This document shows, piece after piece, positions 1 through 8,697 of a DNA stretch of 51,263 nt. This DNA is from a virus. The stretch's first letter is position 1. Every line of letters starts with the position of its first letter. The DNA lies in IMG/VR virus record IMGVR_UViG_3300045988_171568, one strand, 5' to 3'. A program made the position numbers and the translations under genes. A model generated the notes under the pieces. The model saw only the letters and a program-made list of their open reading frames with translations. It did no database searches and was not told where the DNA came from.

Positions 1-70
1 GTTCCTGGCGGATTCGAACCGCCGTACACGGTTTTGCAGACCGCTGACTAAGCCACTCATCCAAGGAACC
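1..70 (-). tRNA. tRNA-Cys (anticodon GCA), copy 1; the 3'-terminal 2 nt lie off the window
   Basis: The reverse complement folds as a cloverleaf: acceptor GGTTCCT/AGGAACC, anticodon loop CTGCAAA, T-arm GGCGG-TTCGAAT-CCGCC. Identical to 51193-51262. Confidence 0.9.
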
Positions 71-389
71 ATTATTTTCAGCAACCGTTATTTTCAATTG
101 CGATGCAAAGGTACAACTATTTTTGGAATAAACAATACTTTAACTGAAAAATATTAAAAAGAAATATATTATTTTTTTTAGTAGACAAGGATTATCTTAA
201 ATAAAAAAGAGATTTTTGGGATCTAAACATTACAGACTTTAGTATTAAGAATCAACAAAATACATGCTCCTTTTTCACTTACCAGCAGATATCAGAAGAG
301 TTTTAAAAAACTTACATCTATAATATAGATTTTACCTGCCGATAAATAAAAAAGAAGCATGTTCAATTCTTACAGATATATGATAAATA

Positions 390-1640
390 TCATTTTTTTA
401 ATTCATATTCCAAACTTGCCATAATGAATGGTCCTATCGCCTTACCTTCATTACTTACAATTGTTACATCCTTACCACACAAATAATAACTAGCTGAACC
501 ATCACGAGAAGGATCTTTTGCCGGACCTAAACCAGCAGAACGGCAACTCTGATTTAAATTAATAGTCCCGTCATTATTTGATGTAACAAATGTTTTCAGA
601 AGTCCCTGATATGCTTTTTCCGCAACCTTTTCATATGATTTTGGAAGAATACCCAGACGAACTCCCTTCAGATATGCATAAGTGAACATACTAGAAGCAG
701 AAGATTCCAGATAGTTTGCAATACCACATTCTCCAACATACGAATTATCATATTGAAGAAGTTGGTACCAAACTCCGCTAGTTTTATCCTGCCAGCGCTT
801 TAAACCTTTTGCTACAGTATTTGTAATAGTTACTAATTCCTTGTAGTCAGCATGAGTTTTCGGCATCACTTCCAATACATCTACTAAAGCAGCAAAGTAC
901 CATCCCATACCACGTCCCCAAAATTCTTTTGAGCAACCTTTGTATGGTTCAGTCTTATTCGCCCAGAAAGAATTGCTATCTTCCGGATTTGCTGACCAGG
1001 CATGATAATAAAGCTGTTTGTCCTTATCATATGTATGGCGAGCAATTGTTTTAAACTGGTGAGCGATATCTGTCCAAGCCTGCTCATTATCCGGTTCAAA
1101 ATTAGCTTGCCATTCAGCATAAAAAGCAGCCCCCATGTAAAGTCCATCCAGCCACATCTGATCGGGATAAATATCTTTATGGAAAAAACATCCTTTTGCA
1201 TCGCCCGACTGAATACGAGAATAATCATTCACCAAGTAATCATGCAAGAAATCAGCAGCTTTCTTATAACGGCTTGCATTATCCGTTCCATTTTGCTTGT
1301 CAAGTTCTTTTTCCCGCTTATACAAAGCAAAAAGAACTTTTCCTGAATTTATATTGTCTATATTTCCTTTTTTAAAATTCTTAAACGTACCATCCGGATT
1401 AATGGCATTATCCGCATATTCTTTTGCCCACTGATAATAGTTACCAGTCCAGTCAGCATATTGATACTGCTCACATAAATTAAGAAGAGATTTAGCTACA
1501 AGACCGTTTACATAATTCCATGACTTTCCATGAGTCCATTGTTTACCTTGTGATTGTGCCATTTCCTGCGAATAACGTTGCTGTGCTGTTGCAGAAACTG
1601 ATGCCAGAAACAAGCATACAGAAAAAAATAATGTTTTCAT
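390..1640 (-). CDS. Secreted glycoside hydrolase, GH88/GH105-like (unsaturated glucuronyl/rhamnogalacturonyl hydrolase family)
   Basis: 416-aa ORF. N-terminal signal peptide MKTLFFSVCLFLASVSATAQQ. The motif YPDQMWLDGLYMGAAFY is typical of the (alpha/alpha)6 GH105/GH88 fold. Lies outside the prophage. Confidence 0.7.
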   Translation of the reverse strand: MKTLFFSVCLFLASVSATAQQRYSQEMAQSQGKQWTHGKSWNYVNGLVAKSLLNLCEQYQYADWTGNYYQWAKEYADNAINPDGTFKNFKKGNIDNINSGKVLFALYKREKELDKQNGTDNASRYKKAADFLHDYLVNDYSRIQSGDAKGCFFHKDIYPDQMWLDGLYMGAAFYAEWQANFEPDNEQAWTDIAHQFKTIARHTYDKDKQLYYHAWSANPEDSNSFWANKTEPYKGCSKEFWGRGMGWYFAALVDVLEVMPKTHADYKELVTITNTVAKGLKRWQDKTSGVWYQLLQYDNSYVGECGIANYLESSASSMFTYAYLKGVRLGILPKSYEKVAEKAYQGLLKTFVTSNNDGTINLNQSCRSAGLGPAKDPSRDGSASYYLCGKDVTIVSNEGKAIGPFIMASLEYELKK

Positions 1641-1680
1641 GTTTTATTGATTTTATATGAATAATAGTTTTCCCATTACG

Positions 1681-1713
1681 AAAAAAGGTCGGCTGAATAT
1701 ATCAGTCGACCTT
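1681..1713 (-). terminator. Intrinsic terminator of the original (pre-integration) tRNA-Cys gene, now stranded at attL
   Basis: 12-bp stem (1685-1696 with 1702-1713, one G-U pair on the minus strand), then T6 on the minus strand (A-run 1681-1686). Starts 3 nt beyond the att core. Confidence 0.7.
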
Positions 1714-1715
1714 CC

Positions 1716-1732
1716 CTATGAGGTTCCTGGCG
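1716..1732. repeat. attL core (CTATGAGGTTCCTGGCG)
   Basis: Exact 17-bp match to 51186-51202, covering 12 nt of the tRNA 3' end plus 5 nt downstream. Flanking bases differ on both sides. Confidence 0.85.
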
Positions 1733-1771
1733 AACTTTAATTCACTTTGACGGTCAACTGATTAGCCTTAA

Positions 1772-1873
1772 TTTTTACTACCTTTTTACTACACATGCAA
1801 GTATCCTTGCATATGATAAGATGTTTTTTTTAATTCTTTTGTTCCAATCTTTTTTTACTACAATTTTTACTAC
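1772..1873 (+). promoter_or_regulatory. Four direct TTTTTACTAC repeats; candidate integrase arm-type binding sites (attL arm)
   Basis: Exact 10-mers at 1772-1781, 1783-1792, 1852-1861 and 1864-1873. The same 10-mer recurs at 51035-51044 inside attR. Confidence 0.6.
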
Positions 1874-2208
1874 ATTTTTTTACCCAGTAAAATCTGGATA
1901 GTTCTTTCTTTTTCTTCAATGATTTTTTTCAGAAGAGCATTCTCCGCTTCCAAGGATAAATTCTTTTCTTCCGACACTTCCTTTTTCGGTACAGGTTCTA
2001 CAGGATTCAACTCAACTTCACGATCAAAAAAATAATCTATTGGCAGTTTAAAAAAATCAGCAATCTTCTCCAGGTTTCCGGCACGGACATTAGAACCAGC
2101 TATTATTCCGTCAAGTCCCAGCGTAGATATGTTGACTGCATCCGCAAGAGATTTTTTTGTCACGTTCTTTTCTTCCAGCAACACCTTGATTCTTTCGCCT
2201 TTAAACAT
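1870..2208 (-). CDS. XRE/cI-type HTH repressor
   Basis: 112 aa. The N-terminal HTH_3-like segment KKSLADAVNISTLGLDGIIAGSNVRAGNLEKIADFFKLPIDYFF is followed by a C-terminal coiled-coil tail. Divergent from the early operon. Confidence 0.75.
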   Translation of the reverse strand: MFKGERIKVLLEEKNVTKKSLADAVNISTLGLDGIIAGSNVRAGNLEKIADFFKLPIDYFFDREVELNPVEPVPKKEVSEEKNLSLEAENALLKKIIEEKERTIQILLGKKM

Positions 2209-2300
2209 AAGTTTTCTTATTATAGTTAATTGTAAGTAGTCTAAATAACAAAAGTTTACTAAGTATTCTTTTGCTATAACATAAGTTTTCTATATGTTTG
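2206..2300. promoter_or_regulatory. Lysogeny switch region: two 12-bp direct repeats (candidate operators) and a rightward Bacteroides-type promoter
   Basis: CATAAGTTTTCT occurs at 2206-2217, overlapping the repressor start codon, and at 2280-2291. Promoter is TTTG (2270-2273), N19, TAtgTTTG (2293-2300). The second repeat lies in the promoter spacer. Confidence 0.55.
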
Positions 2301-2335
2301 CAGTATAAAATTAAGACTAAAATTTAGATTTTGCA

Positions 2336-2548
2336 ATGACAAACGAAAGAAAAGTTAGTGAATTGGGGTATGAAGACCAATACAATTCTTTATCCAGAGA
2401 AGATAAAGTAAGAGTACGCGACGAGTTTATGAGGATAACAGGCTTATCCTACCCTACTTTTTATAACAAGATGAAAAATGGATTTCGCCCTATAGAGGAA
2501 AAAGTCTTTATAGAGATTTTAAACAATTTATCTTATGCAGAACATTGA
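2336..2548 (+). CDS. Small DNA-binding protein (Cro- or excisionase-like), first gene of the rightward early operon
   Basis: 70 aa, divergent from the repressor. HTH-like segment ITGLSYPTFYNKMKNG. Confidence 0.45.
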   Translation: MTNERKVSELGYEDQYNSLSREDKVRVRDEFMRITGLSYPTFYNKMKNGFRPIEEKVFIEILNNLSYAEH

Positions 2549-3092
2549 ATTTTACAATTCTCCCAAAGGAGAAGTCATAGTAAGCATCGACGGAAATGTA
2601 GGGTTTGCTCTATCTCCGAAAAATGTAGATATTGTTAATATGATGTACGATCATATTAAGACTCACTACCAGGAAGCATATGCAGCTCTTACCCGATTAT
2701 ACAGCGCGTCAGCTCTTAATACGATGTACTATAAGTACAGAATTGTTAGCCGTTTTGCACGATGCAACTTTGGCGAATACGACTGTGCTTATCCGGATAT
2801 CGACACAGATGTTATATTTCACCATGAAGAAGTACATTGCCCTCTTCGCGGTACTGGCGATTGCCAACTGGAGAACATCGTTTGCAGGCCCAATGTGACA
2901 CTTCCGCTAACAGCCCAACAAATGAAGGTATTCCGGCTATATTCACAAGGATTGTCAACCTCTGATATTGCCGATGTCATGCATTTGTCTGTTCACACTA
3001 TAGACCGCCATCGTTGCGATATCTTTCAGAAACTTAATATTCACTCTGTCCCCGAACTTATTCTGTATAGTTCCCGGAATAATATTAAATGA
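2535..3092 (+). CDS. LuxR/GerE-family HTH regulator with a Cys/His-rich N-terminal domain
   Basis: The C-terminal LTAQQMKVFRLYSQGLSTSDIADVMHLSVHTIDRHRCDIFQKLNIHS is a LuxR-type HTH. N-terminal region contains CNFGEYDC...HHEEVHCPLRGTGDCQLENIVC. Confidence 0.7.
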   Translation: MQNIEFYNSPKGEVIVSIDGNVGFALSPKNVDIVNMMYDHIKTHYQEAYAALTRLYSASALNTMYYKYRIVSRFARCNFGEYDCAYPDIDTDVIFHHEEVHCPLRGTGDCQLENIVCRPNVTLPLTAQQMKVFRLYSQGLSTSDIADVMHLSVHTIDRHRCDIFQKLNIHSVPELILYSSRNNIK

Positions 3093-3093
3093 T

Positions 3094-3390
3094 ATGTTTA
3101 CCACACAGATTTTCGAAGCTGCCATCAATGAATGTGGCTATCACCTGTATCGTCTGTACTACACAGATGTATCAAGGCAAGTGCGTAAGGCAGAAGGATA
3201 TATCCGTATCCGTCGCAAGAGAGTCATTAACGGTAAGGTTAAGCGCGACAAGTACCGTATAAAAGTCAGATGGGACGCTACCGGATGCTGTTTCCTGGCT
3301 AAAGACAACAGTCGCCAGCCCAGATATGATCTTCCGCTGCAAACCATATACTACAATCAGGAACGGGAAAAATTCAAGCTATGTATGTAG
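3094..3390 (+). CDS. Hypothetical early protein
   Basis: 98-aa ORF packed tightly in the same-strand operon. Confidence 0.4.
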   Translation: MFTTQIFEAAINECGYHLYRLYYTDVSRQVRKAEGYIRIRRKRVINGKVKRDKYRIKVRWDATGCCFLAKDNSRQPRYDLPLQTIYYNQEREKFKLCM

Positions 3391-3587
3391 ACACCGATTT
3401 ATCCGGACGATATTCCATTATGGAACTTAACGATGAACAGCTCAGAATTATCACAGATGCACTTGTCCGGTTTGCATGCTGCCCGTCAAAACAGAAATCA
3501 CAACGGAACCAGGCTAAACATATAGCCTTAAAACTAACAGAACAACATGATTACACTCAATATACAGATCAACAGAATGCTAGTTAA
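3381..3587 (+). CDS. Hypothetical early protein
   Basis: 68-aa ORF overlapping its neighbours by a few nt. Confidence 0.35.
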   Translation: MYVDTDLSGRYSIMELNDEQLRIITDALVRFACCPSKQKSQRNQAKHIALKLTEQHDYTQYTDQQNAS

Positions 3588-3762
3588 GCCTTTGTTGGAA
3601 AATACTATGAAAGAGAATTACCCGTTTAACATTACCATTAAGAATAAACGAGAAATAGACAACGGCTGTGTTATGCAGCATGTCACTGTTGATTTTGACG
3701 AAAAAAACGAAGAACTCTTTAATGAAACTATTTCCGCAATTATTAATAAGTCCATAAAATGA
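3547..3762 (+). CDS. Hypothetical early protein (the start may be the internal ATG near 3607)
   Basis: 71-aa ORF in the operon. Confidence 0.3.
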   Translation: MITLNIQINRMLVKPLLENTMKENYPFNITIKNKREIDNGCVMQHVTVDFDEKNEELFNETISAIINKSIK

Positions 3763-4082
3763 AAGAAAACGATTTTTCAAAATTCCGTTTACCTGACGAT
3801 TCTTCCGGAGAATGGATTATGTCTGTCATTCAGGATATGGGGCTGAAAGCCTATACAGAATACGAGGATAAGGTATACAAAGCTCTGGACGGACTTAAAG
3901 AAGGAAAATACTTTGATATTAACGATGTCAAAGAAGAAGACAGAGAAATGTTTATCAAGATATCCTGCCTGTACATCCGTCAGCATCCCAATGTAATTTT
4001 TAACGGCACATATACACATATACATAAGGAGAAGATATATGAATCAAGGGAAATGGACAGTAGCAGAAAAAAAGTTTGTTGA
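3759..4082 (+). CDS. Hypothetical early protein
   Basis: 107-aa ORF with an ATGA-type overlap to the upstream ORF. Confidence 0.4.
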   Translation: MKENDFSKFRLPDDSSGEWIMSVIQDMGLKAYTEYEDKVYKALDGLKEGKYFDINDVKEEDREMFIKISCLYIRQHPNVIFNGTYTHIHKEKIYESREMDSSRKKVC

Positions 4083-4440
4083 AGACAATGTAGGCAAGCT
4101 TACCGTCGAAGAAATGGCTTCTCGCATTAACCGTTCACCGGTTGCAGTCAAGATGTATATTCTTCGCAATCGTATCGACCTGAAAGGCAAGGTACATCGA
4201 AACATTTTTCAGGAAATCCTTAAAATAAAGTTTGTCAACCCGGAATACTTCAAGCCTACACGCAATTTTTACAAAGCCGTAGGAATTACGCAGACGCGGT
4301 TCTGGGACTTATACTACGGACGTGTACAGATCACACAAATGGAGTATATAGCAATCACATCGCACCTAGGTGTTACTCTTCAGGAAGCATTCGAGGCGCA
4401 GCAGTTAAACCTCTTTGAAGGAGAATTAAAAAATGAGTAA
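4039..4440 (+). CDS. Putative DNA-binding protein (Myb/SANT-like N-terminus, XRE-like HTH C-terminus)
   Basis: 133 aa. Contains WTVAEKKFVEDNVGKLTVEEMASRINRSPVAVKMYILRNR and AVGITQTRFWDLYYGRVQITQMEYIAITSHLGVTLQEAF. Confidence 0.45.
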   Translation: MNQGKWTVAEKKFVEDNVGKLTVEEMASRINRSPVAVKMYILRNRIDLKGKVHRNIFQEILKIKFVNPEYFKPTRNFYKAVGITQTRFWDLYYGRVQITQMEYIAITSHLGVTLQEAFEAQQLNLFEGELKNE

Positions 4441-7400
4441 ATTAAGTCAGACCAGTATAGATCATGTAAAGTCTTCTACCAATATTGTAGATGTCGTTTC
4501 TCTTTTCGTCCGTCTTGAACGTAAAGGTCCGGCATACATAGGACTTTGCCCTTTTCACAACGACCGACATCCGTCTATGCGCGTCGATCCGGTCAGACAG
4601 ATGTACAAGTGCTTTGTGTGCGGTGCAGGAGGCGATGTGTTCGACTTTCTCATGCGTCACGAGAACTTTTCTTTCATCGAAGCAGTACGATGGTGCGCTT
4701 CACGTGCCGGAATACAACTCGAAGAAACGGAAGAAACCCAGGAAGAAATCAAAGCACGCAAGCATCGAGAGGCTCTGTATATCGCTATGAACGCGGCTAC
4801 CGGATGGTTTCAGAATAATCTTCCGGCTGTATCTTCTTATCTTGCTGGTAGAGGATTCTCTATTACCGACGAAGTTATCAAGACATTTCGTATAGGATAT
4901 GCACCTCAGGGAAACAATATACAGAAACAGCTTCAGGATGCCGGATATTCGGCCGACATACTTCAGGAAGTTAATATAATAGGGAAAGGGAAATACGGAT
5001 ATTACGACGTGTTTCAGGACCGTATAACATTCCCTTTTCTCGACATTCAGGGACGTACTGTAGCATATAGCGGACGTATTGTTACACCTAGAGAGAATAC
5101 CGGAAAGTATCTCAACACTAACAATACACCCCTGTTTCAAAAAGGTAATTACCTGTTTGGTCTGTATCAGGCATACCGTTCTATCAGCAGTCAGGGTACA
5201 GCTTATCTAGTAGAAGGGCAGTTTGATGTAATGAGCCTGTATGCAGCAGGAGTTAAGAATGTAGTTGCCGGTTCCGGAACTGCACTTACCGATGCTCAGG
5301 TGAAGCTTTTATCCCGATATACCAGTAAGGTAATACTTATGTACGATGCAGATGCAGCCGGACTTAAGGCAAGCATAGCAAACTGTGAGTCTATGCTTCG
5401 GCAAGGTCTTAATGTTAGTTGCGTACGTCTGCCAGAAGGTCAGGATCCGGATAATCTTGCCCAGGAAAAGAAAGAACATACGGCTGCATGGCTAGTCAAC
5501 AACACTTGTGGTTTTGTAACCTACTTCTGCAATATCTTTTTGCCTGAAACTCTCGAAGATCCGGTTTTGAAAGAAGAAAAACTTTCTATCATATCCAGAC
5601 TGGTTGCCTGTGTTGAAACAGAAACACTTCGTACAGACTATATACGTACACTGGCACGCCGTTTCAACCAGGAATACGATGCGGTAGAAAGAAAGGTAAA
5701 ACAGATCCGTTCCGAACTTCCGGCTGTTCCAGCTGTAGAAACCATGAAGCCAGGTGTGTACGGACTGGATATTCTTCCCGACATGGATACTGCCGGGAAA
5801 AGTATTCATGTGGCAGGCAGCTTTGATGAATTTCTCGAAAATTACGAAACAGAACCCCAGATATACTTTCACGAGTCTGTAACCATGCAGGATATACAGC
5901 TTATCCGTCGTGACTGCTCACTGCTGGATGTTAATGCCGACGATCTGGTTATATCTGCTTCAGGCGAAGAATGCGCTACCATGGCAGCTTTGTCCGAATG
6001 TTACCGCAATGGAATAACCAATATATCTGTATTGGTTCCCGGAATGACCATTGCCAGTATGACAAAGAAAAAACGCATGGCAGACGATTATATAGAAGAA
6101 GAAATAGCCGACGAAGAATGGATATTCATCAACGCTTATCTATATAAGTATAACCTGTTCATGAACCAATATAAGCCGGTAGACCGTACTCCATATCTAC
6201 AGCGATGCGCCGAAATGATAGCCTGCACCGACGAGTCTGTACGTATTGTGAACTTCAGCAAGTTCACACAATGGATGGAACTTACCAAGACAGAGCTTAA
6301 TGTTTTCCTGAAGCCTTATCTGGCAAAGAGAAAATCACGTGTAGCCATTAATGCGCAGCGCGACGACAGTTCAGAAGAATACTACGATCCGGATGTAGTT
6401 CCCGATTACGTAGAAGATAATCCGGTATACAAAAAAATGATGGACGACTACCAGTTTTATCCCCGTCTGAACAAGAACGGAGAACCGGTAGGATACATCT
6501 TTACCAACAACCGCCAAGGCGGTACATTGGTGGGCGATTTTTTTATGGAACCACTTATTCACATCGTGAGCGACAAGGACGAGGAAAATAAGCGTATTGT
6601 CAAGATTAACCGACGCTATTACAAGAAGCCTATCTATCTGGAAGCTCCCAGTAAGTGCTTTTTGAAAAAGAGCACTATCGAAGAACGTCTTATCATGCTG
6701 GAGGCAGTAAACTTCAGCAATGGAGAAGAAAAGCACTGGACCAAGATACGCGAGTGGATGTCGAGAAACTATACATCATGCCGCGAGGTACGTACCTATG
6801 GCAACCAGCAGCCCGACGGTTTCAGCCGCGACCAGTCAACGATGTTTTTTGCATTTGCAAACGGAATCTATCACCAGCAGGAAGGCGTTTGGCGGTTTGA
6901 TCCGGTGAACGAACTGGGAGTAGTAGAGCACCAGAACGAAAACTGGTATCTTCCTGCCTTTTCATCGCTGTACATCAATAGCGACATGAAAGACAAGTAC
7001 GAAACCATTTCCAGCCTGATGTATCGTGAAATTCCTGCCGAGAAGCAATGTTCTTTCGAAAAGTGGGCCGACCTGATGAACCGTGTATATTCACTTAACG
7101 ATAATGGCAAGTGGGCTATAATCTTTGCCGTGATGTGCGCATTTCGAAGTAACATTCACTGCATAGACCGTCTGTTTACCGCCCCCTTTTTTATGGGACC
7201 TATGTCTTCTGGTAAGACACAGATTGCGATATCTATCCGTTCGCTGTTTATTTCGCCCAAAGTACCGATTTTTAACCTTAACATTGGTACAGATGCAGCT
7301 ATGTCTACACTTATGAGCACTTTTCGCGACGTACCGGTAGTGCTCGACGAGTACAACAACAAGGATATTTCCGATGTAAAGTTTCAGGCCTTGAAAGGAA

Positions 7401-8458
7401 TTGTATACGATGGTGACGGCCGTCAGAAACGTAAGGGAACTTCCGGCAAGGAAATTGAGAACGATAAGGTTTTTACACCTGTTATCATTTGCGGTCAGGA
7501 AACACCTCAGCGCGACGATAATGCACTGATGTCACGTATTATAGTTTGCGAGGTTCCTAAGCCTGCCCGTCAGCGTACCCCTGAAGAAATAGCTTTGTTC
7601 AACGAACTGAAAGACATAGAAGAACAAGGCTTATGCAATGTGCTTGCCCAGATTCTTCAGCTTCGCACGCTTGTCATGGATCATTTCAGAGAATTGAAAC
7701 AGGAATGCTACAAGGAGCTGAAAGAACAGATGATGGCTCATGGCGAAATAGACCGACTCATGAAAACTGCTTCTCTGTTTCTTGCTACCTGCAAGATGAT
7801 CGAACAGCACACAGAACTGAAGCTGCCCTTTACCTATGCAGAGTTCTTTCAGATAGCATGCAACAAGATACAGTTTCAGGCAGATCTTATCAGCCGTACG
7901 GATAAGCTGGCAACCTTCTTCAAGGCTATGGATGTGATGATTGATACCAAGGCTATCATTACCGGCCGAGATTTTGATTTCGATTATCCTACAAGCCTTA
8001 CACTTGTCGGCCCTGGAAAGACTTCTGTTCCCTGCCCTGTTCCTGAAGGAACCTGCGTAATGTACATACGTCTGTCTGTCATTTACGCACAGTTCGACCG
8101 TTCATCGTTCAATCGTGAGCAGTCTTCACAATCTACCATCGAGCAGAACCTTCGAAGCAACTCATGTTACATAGGTCCGGTATCGGCACGTCGTTTTACC
8201 TGGCAGGAATCCGTAGAAGTGCCAGTCGGCGAACTGGAGAACTCAGGAAAGGATTTGCCCCCGGAATATACTGTAATGGGCAACGATTCGAAGATGGTAC
8301 GAAGCATGAAGCGTTTTTCCAAAAATACGAGTTGCATTGCCTTGAATTACGATGTTCTCAGTACCATGTATGGCATAGACTTGAAACGGAACATAGAGTC
8401 ATCCGATACCGATAATAAAGCAGATTCCAATAACGAAAAACAAGAATTACCATTTTAA
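4433..8458 (+). CDS. Fused DNA primase / P-loop helicase (DnaG-type zinc finger plus Toprim, with a C-terminal D5/P4-alpha-like NTPase)
   Basis: 1341 aa. CHC2 zinc finger CPFHNDRHPSMRVDPVRQMYKCFVCGAGGD. Toprim EGQFDVMSL...LMYDADAAG. Walker A GPMSSGKTQ and Walker B VVLDEYNN near aa 920-990. Confidence 0.85.
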   Translation: MSKLSQTSIDHVKSSTNIVDVVSLFVRLERKGPAYIGLCPFHNDRHPSMRVDPVRQMYKCFVCGAGGDVFDFLMRHENFSFIEAVRWCASRAGIQLEETEETQEEIKARKHREALYIAMNAATGWFQNNLPAVSSYLAGRGFSITDEVIKTFRIGYAPQGNNIQKQLQDAGYSADILQEVNIIGKGKYGYYDVFQDRITFPFLDIQGRTVAYSGRIVTPRENTGKYLNTNNTPLFQKGNYLFGLYQAYRSISSQGTAYLVEGQFDVMSLYAAGVKNVVAGSGTALTDAQVKLLSRYTSKVILMYDADAAGLKASIANCESMLRQGLNVSCVRLPEGQDPDNLAQEKKEHTAAWLVNNTCGFVTYFCNIFLPETLEDPVLKEEKLSIISRLVACVETETLRTDYIRTLARRFNQEYDAVERKVKQIRSELPAVPAVETMKPGVYGLDILPDMDTAGKSIHVAGSFDEFLENYETEPQIYFHESVTMQDIQLIRRDCSLLDVNADDLVISASGEECATMAALSECYRNGITNISVLVPGMTIASMTKKKRMADDYIEEEIADEEWIFINAYLYKYNLFMNQYKPVDRTPYLQRCAEMIACTDESVRIVNFSKFTQWMELTKTELNVFLKPYLAKRKSRVAINAQRDDSSEEYYDPDVVPDYVEDNPVYKKMMDDYQFYPRLNKNGEPVGYIFTNNRQGGTLVGDFFMEPLIHIVSDKDEENKRIVKINRRYYKKPIYLEAPSKCFLKKSTIEERLIMLEAVNFSNGEEKHWTKIREWMSRNYTSCREVRTYGNQQPDGFSRDQSTMFFAFANGIYHQQEGVWRFDPVNELGVVEHQNENWYLPAFSSLYINSDMKDKYETISSLMYREIPAEKQCSFEKWADLMNRVYSLNDNGKWAIIFAVMCAFRSNIHCIDRLFTAPFFMGPMSSGKTQIAISIRSLFISPKVPIFNLNIGTDAAMSTLMSTFRDVPVVLDEYNNKDISDVKFQALKGIVYDGDGRQKRKGTSGKEIENDKVFTPVIICGQETPQRDDNALMSRIIVCEVPKPARQRTPEEIALFNELKDIEEQGLCNVLAQILQLRTLVMDHFRELKQECYKELKEQMMAHGEIDRLMKTASLFLATCKMIEQHTELKLPFTYAEFFQIACNKIQFQADLISRTDKLATFFKAMDVMIDTKAIITGRDFDFDYPTSLTLVGPGKTSVPCPVPEGTCVMYIRLSVIYAQFDRSSFNREQSSQSTIEQNLRSNSCYIGPVSARRFTWQESVEVPVGELENSGKDLPPEYTVMGNDSKMVRSMKRFSKNTSCIALNYDVLSTMYGIDLKRNIESSDTDNKADSNNEKQELPF

Positions 8459-8469
8459 CAAACAGCAAT

Positions 8470-8697
8470 ATGATTACAGATAATCCATTAAAAAGTAAGA
8501 TTGATTTAGAAAAGAATCCCAAAGGGACAGAGTTAAAGGTAGCCTTACAGCGCGAACGCGAAAAAAGCGGTCGCTATGTATCCATACCAGGCGACAAGAG
8601 TCACACAAAGATTTTTGTCCGTGACGGAGAAGATCCAGAAAAACGGATCTTGTCTTTCATCAAAAAGATTAATAACAGAACTACAATGTGGAATTAG
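8470..8697 (+). CDS. Hypothetical protein
   Basis: 75-aa ORF. Confidence 0.35.
   Translation: MITDNPLKSKIDLEKNPKGTELKVALQREREKSGRYVSIPGDKSHTKIFVRDGEDPEKRILSFIKKINNRTTMWN

Noticed and set aside
1-71. The whole window as a circular phage or plasmid contig with a 71-nt assembly overlap
   Set aside because: A signal-peptide GH88/105 gene, a host-type tRNA terminator at attL and a precise 17-bp att duplication fit chromosomal integration better. It cannot be excluded without flanking sequence, so it is also listed as a low-interest finding.
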